From: Gaiellales bacterium
Lineage (GTDB): Bacteria; Actinomycetota; Thermoleophilia; Gaiellales; F1-60-MAGs149
Reading direction: 5' to 3'
Length of the DNA stretch: 33,399 nt
Assembly: GCA_049433345.1 (NCBI GenBank)
Contig: JBMTER010000003.1
Span: forward strand, 1 to 33,399
Positions 1 to 9,975 of this stretch are shown here, piece after piece. The notes beneath the pieces were generated by a model, which saw only the letters and a program-made list of their open reading frames with translations, did no database searches and was not told where the DNA came from. The translations under genes and the position numbers were made by a program. Numbering within the stretch: the first letter of the stretch is position 1; each line of letters opens with the position of its first letter.

Positions 1-35
1 CCCCGCGCAACCGGGGCCCGTGCCATCATCGGTGC

Positions 36-1625
36 ATGGGCAGCCCGGTGGATGCGCCCGCGCCCGGTGCGCGCAGCCGCTCCGTGTCCGCGGCCCTGTT
101 CAGCGCCGCGACGGGCGTCTCGCGTGTCCTGGGGCTCGTGCGGGAGATCATCGCGGCGCAGCTGCTCGGTGTTTCCGGGCCGGCGAGCGCGTTCGTGGTC
201 GCCAACAACGTCCCGAACACCGTCCGCTCGCTGGTCGCGGACTCGGCGCTCGGCGCGTCATTCGTCCCGGTCTTCAACGAGCTCCTCGTACAGGGGGAGC
301 GCGAGCGCGCCTGGCGGGTCGCCTCCAGCGCCCTCACGCTCGCGGTGCTGGCCCTGACGGCGCTGACGGTGCTCGGGATCCTGCTGACCCGGCCCCTGCT
401 GTCCTTCGCGAACCTCTCCGACGAGCAGCTCGAGCTGACGGTCACGATGACGCGGATCCTGTTCCCGATCCTGATCCTGCTCGGCATCTCCGGACTGGTG
501 CAGGCGATCCTCAACTCGTTCGACGAGTTCGTCCTGCCGGCGATCGCGCCGGTCTTCTGGAACGCCGTCGTCATCGGGTTCCTCGTCTACGCCTTCACCG
601 CCGACGACCTCGATCAGCGCGCGCTGATCCTCGCCGTCGGCACGCTCGCCGGTACGGTCGTGCAGACCGTCGTGCCGCTGCCCGGCCTGCGCGGCAAGGG
701 CGCAACCCTGCGGCCGCTGATCGACCTGCGCGACCCGGCGGTGCGGCGGATCCTCGTGCTCCTGATCCCGGTCGCCCTCGGCCTCGGGCTCGCGAACGTG
801 AACCTGACGGTGTCGACCTACATCGCGACCTACGTCGATGCGGACTACGCGCCGCGCGCGATCGACGCGGCGTTCCGGGTGTACATGCTCCCGCAGGGGA
901 TCTTCTCCGTCGCGGTCGCGACGATCATGTTCCCCCTGATGGCGCGGGCTGCGGCGGCCCGTGACCTCGATCGACTGCGCGGAGCGCTCGCCGACGGCAG
1001 CGCGCTGATCCTGTACCTGCTGCTGCCGGCGAGCGTCGTGATCGCGGTACTCGCCACGCCGATCGTGGAGGTCCTCTTCCAGCATGGCGCGTGGACCGCC
1101 GCGGAGACGCCGGGCGTCGCCCAGGCCCTGATCGCGTTCGCCCTCGGGCTCGCCCTGAACGGGCTGATCCTGCTCTACACGCGCTGCCTGTTCGCGCTGC
1201 AGCACGTCTGGCTCGCGACCCTGATCGCGCTCGTCAACCTCGCCGTGGCGACCGGACTCAGCCTGCTCCTGTACCAGCCGTTCGGCGTCTGGGGGATCCC
1301 GCTCGCGAACTCGATCGCGAACGCCGTCGTGGCCCCGCTGATGTGGATCGTCCTCGGCTGGCGCGTCGGGCACCTGGCCACCGGCCGCGTGCTGGGGCGC
1401 GCCGCGCGCATGCTCGGCGCGTCGCTGCTGGCCGGGCTGATCGCGTGGCTCGTCTGGCGCCTCGCCGACGCCCTCCTCGGCGACGGCCTGCCGAGCCTGA
1501 TCGTCGGCCTCGGGCTCGCCATCGGCATCAGCGGCGCCGCCTACCTCGCGGGGACCCGCGCCGCCGGATTCGCGGAGGCCGCGCGGATCATCGCGCTGGT
1601 GCGCCGACGCGAGGGCTCCGCGTGA
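36..1625 (+). CDS. murJ: Lipid II flippase MurJ (MviN)
   Basis: 529 aa, many TM segments; N-terminal SRVLGLVRE...AF.VA..VPN..R.L.A..ALGASFVPVF and later LPQGIFSVAVAT..FP motifs typical of MurJ. Confidence 0.95.
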   Translation: MGSPVDAPAPGARSRSVSAALFSAATGVSRVLGLVREIIAAQLLGVSGPASAFVVANNVPNTVRSLVADSALGASFVPVFNELLVQGERERAWRVASSALTLAVLALTALTVLGILLTRPLLSFANLSDEQLELTVTMTRILFPILILLGISGLVQAILNSFDEFVLPAIAPVFWNAVVIGFLVYAFTADDLDQRALILAVGTLAGTVVQTVVPLPGLRGKGATLRPLIDLRDPAVRRILVLLIPVALGLGLANVNLTVSTYIATYVDADYAPRAIDAAFRVYMLPQGIFSVAVATIMFPLMARAAAARDLDRLRGALADGSALILYLLLPASVVIAVLATPIVEVLFQHGAWTAAETPGVAQALIAFALGLALNGLILLYTRCLFALQHVWLATLIALVNLAVATGLSLLLYQPFGVWGIPLANSIANAVVAPLMWIVLGWRVGHLATGRVLGRAARMLGASLLAGLIAWLVWRLADALLGDGLPSLIVGLGLAIGISGAAYLAGTRAAGFAEAARIIALVRRREGSA

Positions 1626-2539
1626 GGGAGAGCCGCCTGCGGGTGCCCGGGCCGGCCGTCTTCGCCTACCTCGTGGCGCGCGACGCCGTCGGACGCTTCC
1701 AGCGCCATCGCTGCACGACGGCCGCGGCGGCAATCGCCTTCCACGTCCTGTTCTCGCTGTTCCCGCTCGTCCTGATCGTCGCGGCCGTGATCGGCGGCGA
1801 CGTCCGCGACGCGTCGATCCGCGACCAGATCTCCGACGCCCTGGTGACCGCACTGCCCCTCGACGAGACCGCCCGCGCCCAGATCGACCGCCTGCTCCAG
1901 CAGGCGACGCGCAACCTCGCCGCCATCGGCGTGATCGGCGTGGTCGCGCTCCTGTGGTCGGCCAGCGGGATGCTCGGCAGCGTGCGCGGGGCGATGGAGC
2001 TCGCCTGGGAGGGCACGCTCGGGACGCGGCCGTTCGTCCGCGGCAAGCTCGTCGACGCCGTCCTGCTGACGATCCTCGTGGCGCTGATCCTCGCCTCGTT
2101 CCTCGTCGGGATCCTCGTCAGCGTGCTGCCGCGCATCCCCGACGACGTCTTCCGCGACACCGCCTGGGAGGCCTACGCGGACGCGATCCGCTCGTCGATC
2201 GCACCGGCGATCAGCGTGCTCACGTGGTGGCTGATCCTGACCCTCGCCTACAAGTTCCTGCCGACGCCACGGCCGGCGCTGCGCTACGCCACCCTGGGCG
2301 CGTTCCCGGCCGCCCTTCTGCTCGAGGGCGCGCGGGTCCTGTTCGCCGTCTACGTCACGGACGTCGCCACCTACGACATCGTGTACGGCTCGATCGGCTC
2401 CATCATCGCGTTCCTGTTCTTCGTCTACGTGGCCTCCATCATCACGCTGGGCGGCGCCGAGCTCGGCGCCTCGATCCGCCGCGTCCACGGCACCTGGCGC
2501 TCGCTGGCGCCGCCGGCCGCGCGGTCCCGCGGCGGATGA
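1622..2539 (+). CDS. YihY/virulence factor BrkB family inner membrane protein
   Basis: GTG at 1622 overlaps the murJ stop (GTGA), in frame with ORF 1091..2539; motifs AAAIAFHVLFSLFPL, LLWSASG, YDIVYGSIGSIIAFLFFVY...LGGAEL. Confidence 0.88.
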   Translation: MRESRLRVPGPAVFAYLVARDAVGRFQRHRCTTAAAAIAFHVLFSLFPLVLIVAAVIGGDVRDASIRDQISDALVTALPLDETARAQIDRLLQQATRNLAAIGVIGVVALLWSASGMLGSVRGAMELAWEGTLGTRPFVRGKLVDAVLLTILVALILASFLVGILVSVLPRIPDDVFRDTAWEAYADAIRSSIAPAISVLTWWLILTLAYKFLPTPRPALRYATLGAFPAALLLEGARVLFAVYVTDVATYDIVYGSIGSIIAFLFFVYVASIITLGGAELGASIRRVHGTWRSLAPPAARSRGG

Positions 2540-2555
2540 CCGGTAGCCTTACGAG

Positions 2556-4364
<1,809 letters not shown>

Positions 4365-4422
4365 CCGCGCGGCGGCAGTGCGGCCGCGAGGCGGAAACGC
4401 AGGCTGTCACGCGCATCGCGGA

Positions 4423-4451
4423 GGCGCGCCGGGCACCTCGATCGGCGCGCC
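4423..4451. terminator. GC-rich hairpin between convergent lepA and corA (possible terminator)
   Basis: GGCGCGCCG-N11-CGGCGCGCC perfect 9-bp inverted repeat; no U-tract. Confidence 0.35.
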
Positions 4452-4465
4452 GCGCGCCGAGGGCG

Positions 4466-5446
4466 TCATAGCCAGCGGAACCAGCGGAACACGCCGAGCA
4501 GGACCACGACGGCAGCCAGGAGGACGCCCGCGATCGCGAAGAACGCCACCGCCGCGTGGTCGAACGGCACGGGTACGTTCATGCCGAACAGGTTGGTCAT
4601 GAAGGTGACCGGCAGGAACACCACCGTCAGCACGGTCAGGACGCGCAGGACCCGGTTCTGGCGGTGCGAGATCGCCGTCTCGTTCGTCGCCTCCAGCGCC
4701 TCGACGACCTCCTTGTAGTTCTCGAGCAGGTCCCAGATGCGCTCCGCCGAGTCGATCAGGTCGTCGTAGTAGATGTCGAGCTCCTCGCTCGCGAGGAAGC
4801 GCTCGCCGGCGCGCTCGAGCTGGCGCAGCACGGGACGCTGCGGCTTCGTGATCTTGCGGTACGAGATGATCTCCTGCTTGACGTTGGAGATCTGGCGCAC
4901 GATCGACTCGTCGGGATCCCGCTCGAACATGTGATCCTCGATCTCCTCGAGCTTGCGCCCGATCTGGTCGAGGATCGGGAAGCAGTAGCCGTAAAGCGAG
5001 TCGAGCACCTCGTAGAAGAGGAAGCCGGAGCCCTTTGCGAACCACTCGGCCCGCTCCTCCTCGTTGCCCTCGAGCCGGCGGAACACGTTGCGCACCGGCT
5101 TCAACGGCACGTTCGGGATCGTGATCAGGAAGTCGCGCCCGATGAACGCGTTGACCTCAGCCGGGAACAGCCGCCCCGACGCCTTGTCGTACCAGGGGAA
5201 GTGCAGGACGACGAAGACGTAATCGGGGTAGTCGTCGACCTTGGGCCGCTGGCGGCGGGAGCGGACGTCCTCGAGATCGAGCTCGTGGAAGGAGAACTCC
5301 TCCTCGAGCCAGGCGATCTCAGCGGGGCCCGGCGACTCGATCTGGATCCAGCGCAGGCCGCCATGCTCGAGCACGCCGACGCGCGGCTCCAGGGCGGGAG
5401 CCGTCGGGGACGCGGCCGTGGGCCGGGGTCGGCGGATGCGGGGCAT
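4466..5446 (-). CDS. corA: CorA-family Mg2+/divalent cation transporter
   Basis: 326 aa; QRPKVDDY in the cytoplasmic domain and two C-terminal TM helices separated by the GMN signature (LFGMNVP). Confidence 0.93.
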   Translation of the reverse strand: MPRIRRPRPTAASPTAPALEPRVGVLEHGGLRWIQIESPGPAEIAWLEEEFSFHELDLEDVRSRRQRPKVDDYPDYVFVVLHFPWYDKASGRLFPAEVNAFIGRDFLITIPNVPLKPVRNVFRRLEGNEEERAEWFAKGSGFLFYEVLDSLYGYCFPILDQIGRKLEEIEDHMFERDPDESIVRQISNVKQEIISYRKITKPQRPVLRQLERAGERFLASEELDIYYDDLIDSAERIWDLLENYKEVVEALEATNETAISHRQNRVLRVLTVLTVVFLPVTFMTNLFGMNVPVPFDHAAVAFFAIAGVLLAAVVVLLGVFRWFRWL

Positions 5447-5526
5447 GGCGGGGAGCTGAAGGTGATCGACGCATTGAGCCGGCGAAGGATAGCGCGCACG
5501 CGCAGACCGGGCGGTATCGTGTCCGC

Positions 5527-6852
5527 GTGCGCATCCTCGTGATCGGAGCGGGCCGGGTGGGGGCGAGCGTGGTCGCCGCGCTGCACGCCCAGCACGACGT
5601 GACCGTGATCGACGTCGATGCGGAGCACCTGAACGCGATCGGCGCCCGCTACGACGTGCTGACCGTGGCCGGGAACGGCACGTCGCGCAGCGCCATGCAG
5701 AGCGCCAACATCGCCAGCCAGGATCTCGTGATCGCCGCGACGGACCGCGACGAGATCAACATCGTCGCCGCGTTGCAGGCGCGGGCCCTGTGCCGCGGCC
5801 GCATCCTCGTCCGCACCTCGAGCGCCGAATACCTGTCCGCATGGCGCGCAGGCGAGCTGCCGGTCGACGTGATGATCTCCGCCGAGAACGAGATCGCGCA
5901 GGCGGTCTCCCGGGCGATCGGCATGCCCGGCGCGCTGCAGAGCGACATGTTCGCCGACGGCCGCGCCGAGATGGTGGAGTTCGAGGTCCACGCCGACGCC
6001 GCGGAGAACATCGTCGGCCGCCGCATCGCCGAGCTGCGGATCCCCGACGAGAGCGTGATCGCGAGCCTGATCCGCGCCGACCGCGTGCTGATCCCGGGCG
6101 GCGGCGACGTCGTCGAGGAGGGCGACCGGATCGTGCTGATCGCCTCGCCGGCCGCCAGCCGGGAGTGGGCGCTGCGCCTCGCCCGTCGCGACGTCGACGA
6201 CGTCAAGGAGGTCGTCATCGTCGGCGGCGGAGCCACCGGGCGCACGATCGCCCGCACCCTCTGCGGGCAGGGACTGCGCGTCCGCATAGTCGACGCGAAC
6301 GAGGCGGTCGCGCGGATCTGCGCCGAGGAGATCGCGGACGCCGACGTCTTCTGCGCGGACGCGACCGACACCGGCTTCCTCCAGCGAGAGAACGTCGGAC
6401 GCGCCGACGCCGTGATCTGCTGCACGGAGCGCGATGAGCGCGACCTGCTGATCAGCCTGCTCGCCAAATCGCTCGGGGTGCGCGTCGCCGTCGCCGTCGT
6501 CGGCGACCCGGACTACGTCCCGGTCTTCGAGCGCGTCGGCGTCGACTACGCGCTCAACCAGCGCCTCGTGGTGGCGGAGGAGATCGTGCGCTTCACCCAC
6601 GATCCGCGCACCCGCGGCTTCGCGATGCTGGAGAACGATCGCGTCGAGGTGCTCGAACTCGAGGTGCGGCCGACCAGCGCGCTGATCGGCCGGCCGTTCC
6701 GCGAGCGGCCGCTCGAGGGCGCCATCGTCGGCGCGATCGTGCGCGGCGAGCGCGTCATCTTCCCCCGGGGCGACGACGCCCTGATGGCGGGGGATTCGGC
6801 GATCCTGCTCGCGGAGGCGCACCGGGTCCAGGGCCTGGAGCAGGCGCTGTGA
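5527..6852 (+). CDS. trkA: Trk K+ uptake regulatory subunit TrkA (tandem RCK domains)
   Basis: 441 aa; two Rossmann motifs (IGAGRVG, VGGGATG), each followed by an RCK-C-like region; upstream of trkH genes. Confidence 0.93.
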   Translation: MRILVIGAGRVGASVVAALHAQHDVTVIDVDAEHLNAIGARYDVLTVAGNGTSRSAMQSANIASQDLVIAATDRDEINIVAALQARALCRGRILVRTSSAEYLSAWRAGELPVDVMISAENEIAQAVSRAIGMPGALQSDMFADGRAEMVEFEVHADAAENIVGRRIAELRIPDESVIASLIRADRVLIPGGGDVVEEGDRIVLIASPAASREWALRLARRDVDDVKEVVIVGGGATGRTIARTLCGQGLRVRIVDANEAVARICAEEIADADVFCADATDTGFLQRENVGRADAVICCTERDERDLLISLLAKSLGVRVAVAVVGDPDYVPVFERVGVDYALNQRLVVAEEIVRFTHDPRTRGFAMLENDRVEVLELEVRPTSALIGRPFRERPLEGAIVGAIVRGERVIFPRGDDALMAGDSAILLAEAHRVQGLEQAL

Positions 6853-8375
6853 GCCCGGCGGCCGCCCCCCCCCCCCGCCACGGCCGCCTGAGGGTCGACC
6901 TCGGGGCCACCGGAAGCCTCGTCGGGCTGGTCATCAAGTGGCTGAGCCTGACCCTGCTCCTGCCGATCGGGGTGGCGCTCCTCGACGGCGACAGCCTGCG
7001 GCCGTTCGTCGTGCCGCTCGTCGCCGGCGTCGCGGCGGGCTTCGCGCTCGAGCGGATCGCGGGCCGCCGCTCCAACGACGTCGGTGTGCGGGAGGCCTTC
7101 GCCGCCGTCGCGATCGCCTGGCTCGCCGCCGCCCTGCTCGGAGCGGTCCCGTACATCCTCGACGGCGGCGACATCAGCTCCTTCGGCGACGCCTACTTCG
7201 AGGCCATGAGCGGCTTCACCACGACAGGCGCGAGCGTGATGGCCGATATCTCGTCGCACTCCCCGGCGATCCTCTTCTGGCGCTCCCTGACCCAGTGGCT
7301 CGGCGGGATGGGGATCATCGTGCTGGCGATCGCCATCCTCAACCAGGCCGGACCCGGCGGCAAGGCGCTGCTCCAGCAGGAGGCGCCCGGTCCGGAGGCG
7401 GAGAAGCTGACGCCGCGCCTACGCGACACGGCGCTGCGGCTGTGGCTCGTCTACGTGGCGCTCACCGCCCTGCTCGCGATCGCGCTGTGGGGCGTGGGCC
7501 TGATCGCGCCGGAGCAGGGCATGGGGCTGTACAACGCCGTCACGCACGCGTTCACCACCCTGTCGACTGGCGGCTTCTCGCCCGAGCCGCGTTCGATCGA
7601 GGCCTTCGGCGTCGCCTCGCAGGCGCTGATCGCGGGCTTCATGGTCATCGCCGGCGGCAGCTTCGCGCTCTGGTACCGGACCGCCCGCGGTGATCTGGCG
7701 GCCGCCCCGCGCGACGGCGAGTTCCGGACCTACCTCGTGATCATGGCTGTGCTCTCGCTGCTCGTCGGCGTCGCCCTCCTCGCCACGACCGACGCCGGCT
7801 GGGACGGCGCGTTCGGCCAGGCGGCATTCCAGGTGATCTCGATCATGACCACGACGGGCTACGCGTCGCAGGACTTCGCGATCTGGGCGCCGATCGGCCT
7901 GCTGCTCCTGTTCGCCGCGATGTTCATCGGCGGGTGCGCCGGCTCGACCTCAGGCGCGATCAAGGTGATCCGCGTCCGCCTCGCGGTCGCCTCCGCCCGC
8001 CGCGACGTGGAGACGGCCGTCCACCCGGAGAAGGTCCTGCCCGTGCGCCAGAACGGCCGCCCCGTGCGCGAGGCAGCGCTGCAGAGCGCGACGGCCTTCA
8101 TCGGCCTCTACCTCCTTACCTTCGCGATCGGGGCACTCGCGATCCTGCTGATCGCGACGCTGCGCGGCGTCGAACTCGGCGCCTTCGACGCGCTGATCAG
8201 CGCGGCGACCACCATCGGCAACGTCGGCCCGGGCGTGGGGGAGGCCGGACCGATGGGCAGCTACGCCGGGTATCCCTGGGAGGCGAAGGCCGTCATGACC
8301 GCCCTGATGTGGATCGGCCGTCTCGAGCTGATCCCCGTCCTCGTCCTGCTGACCCGGGCGTACTGGCTGCGATGA
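6849..8375 (+). CDS. trkH: Trk K+ uptake membrane subunit TrkH (copy 1)
   Basis: FEAMSGFTTTGAS, QWLGGMGII, TLSTGGFS, IMTTTGY, GGCAGST, IGNVGPG, GRLE motifs; GTG overlaps the trkA stop. Confidence 0.95.
   Translation: MSPAAAPPPRHGRLRVDLGATGSLVGLVIKWLSLTLLLPIGVALLDGDSLRPFVVPLVAGVAAGFALERIAGRRSNDVGVREAFAAVAIAWLAAALLGAVPYILDGGDISSFGDAYFEAMSGFTTTGASVMADISSHSPAILFWRSLTQWLGGMGIIVLAIAILNQAGPGGKALLQQEAPGPEAEKLTPRLRDTALRLWLVYVALTALLAIALWGVGLIAPEQGMGLYNAVTHAFTTLSTGGFSPEPRSIEAFGVASQALIAGFMVIAGGSFALWYRTARGDLAAAPRDGEFRTYLVIMAVLSLLVGVALLATTDAGWDGAFGQAAFQVISIMTTTGYASQDFAIWAPIGLLLLFAAMFIGGCAGSTSGAIKVIRVRLAVASARRDVETAVHPEKVLPVRQNGRPVREAALQSATAFIGLYLLTFAIGALAILLIATLRGVELGAFDALISAATTIGNVGPGVGEAGPMGSYAGYPWEAKAVMTALMWIGRLELIPVLVLLTRAYWLR
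6865..6876 (+). repeat. Poly-C homopolymer (C12) in the first codons of trkH copy 1
   Basis: Direct reading of gccg-cccccccccccc-gcca; currently in frame (encodes A-P-P-P-R). Confidence 0.9.
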
Positions 8376-9883
8376 GCGCCGTCGCGTCCCGCCCCACGGC
8401 CGTCCGCGTCGCGCCGCCCCTGCGCGTGGTCGGCCTGGTCGTGGGCGGCGCGGGCCTCACGATCGCGGCACCGCTCGCCTACGCGGCCTGGCTCGATGAG
8501 CCACTCCTGCCGTACGCGCTGCCCCTGGCGCTCAGCGCGGCCCTCTTCGCCGTCGCCTACCTCGCCGGGCGGCGCGTGGACGCCCCGAATCGTCGCGAGG
8601 CCCTCGCCGCCGCGGTCCTGACGTGGGTCGGCCTGTCGGCGCTCGGCATCCTCCCGTACGTGCTCGGCAGCGCACCCGGCGGGCCGCAGGGCGTCATCGA
8701 CGCCTTCTTCGAGAGCACCGCCGGCTTCACCGCCACCGGCGCCACGATCATCACGGACCTGCCGGCCCAGCCGCGAGCGCTGCTCCTCTGGCGCTCGCAG
8801 ACCCAGTGGATCGGCGGCATCGGCCTGATCGTGCTGGCCGTGATCTTCCTGCCGCGACTCGCCGTCGGCGGCCGCCAGCTGATCGAGACGGAGGTCGCCG
8901 GACCGCAACTCGAGAAGCTGGCCCCGCACCTGCGCGCGTCGACGCTCCGCATCGTCGGGGTCTACGTCGCGCTGACGGTGCTCGTGATCGCCGGCCTGAC
9001 CGCGCTCGGCGCCGCCGGGCTCGCACCCGGCATGGGCCCCTACGAGGCGGTCGCGCACGCCTTCACCACCGTCTCGGCCGGGGGGTTCTCGCCGAGTCCG
9101 GACTCGATCGAGCCGTTCGGTCCGTGGGCGCAGTGGCTGATCGCGGGCGCGATCATCATCGCCGGCACCAACCTCGCGCTGTGGTTCCGGGCGATCGCCC
9201 TCGGGCGGCTGTCGAGCTTCCGAGACGACGAGCTGCGCTGGTACCTCGGCATCCTCGCGGTCGGGTCACTCGTCGTCCTCCTCGAGCTGATGACCGCCGG
9301 CACCTACGACCTCGCCGACGGCGTGCGCCAGGCCGTCTTCCAGGTCGCCTCGATCACGACCGGGACGGGCTACGCCAGCGCCGACTTCGCCGCCTGGGGC
9401 GAGCTCGCGCTGATCACCCTGTTCGTCCTGATGTTCGTCGGCGGCTGCACCGGCAGCCCGACGGGCGCGCTCAAGGTGATGCGCGTCGTGCTCTTCGGCC
9501 GCGTGATCCTGCGGGAGATCCGCGCCACCGTGCACCCCGAGCAGGTGCGCCTGATCCGCATCAACAGTCGACCGGTCAACGCCCGCATCATCCACGGGGT
9601 CCTCGTCTTCGTGCTGCTCTACGTCGTGCTCGTGCTGCTCAGCGCAGTGCTGCTGCTCGTCGATCCCGGCGCCCCCGCCGGCCTCAACTTCGAGGACGCG
9701 CTGAGCGCGGCCGCCGCCAGCGTCGGGAACGTCGGTCCCGGCTTCGGCTTCCTCGGTCCGATGGGGTCCTACGCGCCGTTCGCCGACCCGTCGAAGGTGT
9801 TCCTCGCGCTGCTCATGATCGTCGGGCGCCTCGAGATCTTCCCGGTGCTCGTCGTGCTCAGCCGCGCCTTCTGGCGGGACTAG
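8372..9883 (+). CDS. trkH: Trk K+ uptake membrane subunit TrkH (copy 2)
   Basis: ATG at 8372 overlaps the trkH1 stop (ATGA), in frame with ORF 7934..9883; FESTAGFTATGAT, QWIGGIG, SAGGFS, TTGTGY, VGNVGPG, GRLE. Confidence 0.93.
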   Translation: MSAVASRPTAVRVAPPLRVVGLVVGGAGLTIAAPLAYAAWLDEPLLPYALPLALSAALFAVAYLAGRRVDAPNRREALAAAVLTWVGLSALGILPYVLGSAPGGPQGVIDAFFESTAGFTATGATIITDLPAQPRALLLWRSQTQWIGGIGLIVLAVIFLPRLAVGGRQLIETEVAGPQLEKLAPHLRASTLRIVGVYVALTVLVIAGLTALGAAGLAPGMGPYEAVAHAFTTVSAGGFSPSPDSIEPFGPWAQWLIAGAIIIAGTNLALWFRAIALGRLSSFRDDELRWYLGILAVGSLVVLLELMTAGTYDLADGVRQAVFQVASITTGTGYASADFAAWGELALITLFVLMFVGGCTGSPTGALKVMRVVLFGRVILREIRATVHPEQVRLIRINSRPVNARIIHGVLVFVLLYVVLVLLSAVLLLVDPGAPAGLNFEDALSAAAASVGNVGPGFGFLGPMGSYAPFADPSKVFLALLMIVGRLEIFPVLVVLSRAFWRD

Positions 9884-9909
9884 GACGGCGGTCGGCGTAT
9901 ACTGCCCGC

Positions 9910-9935
9910 GGAGCGCCGGGAAGCCTGGTCGGCAA
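9910..9935 (+). ncRNA. Candidate monovalent-cation (Na+/Li+) riboswitch-like cis-regulatory RNA
   Basis: GGAGCGCCGGGAAGCCTGGTCGGCAA begins 6 nt after a TATACT -10 element (9898-9903), can fold with GCCG/CGGC closing a G-rich loop, and precedes an NhaD-like gene. The class assignment is unverified. Confidence 0.5.
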
Positions 9936-9975
9936 CATCGCACCCGCCGGAGGCGGCGGAGAGGGGGACCCCGAC

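Noticed and set aside
5447-5526. Possible Mg2+ (M-box) or c-di-AMP riboswitch between corA and trkA
   Set aside because: Only 80 nt holding two divergent -10 elements; too short and lacking the signature sequences.
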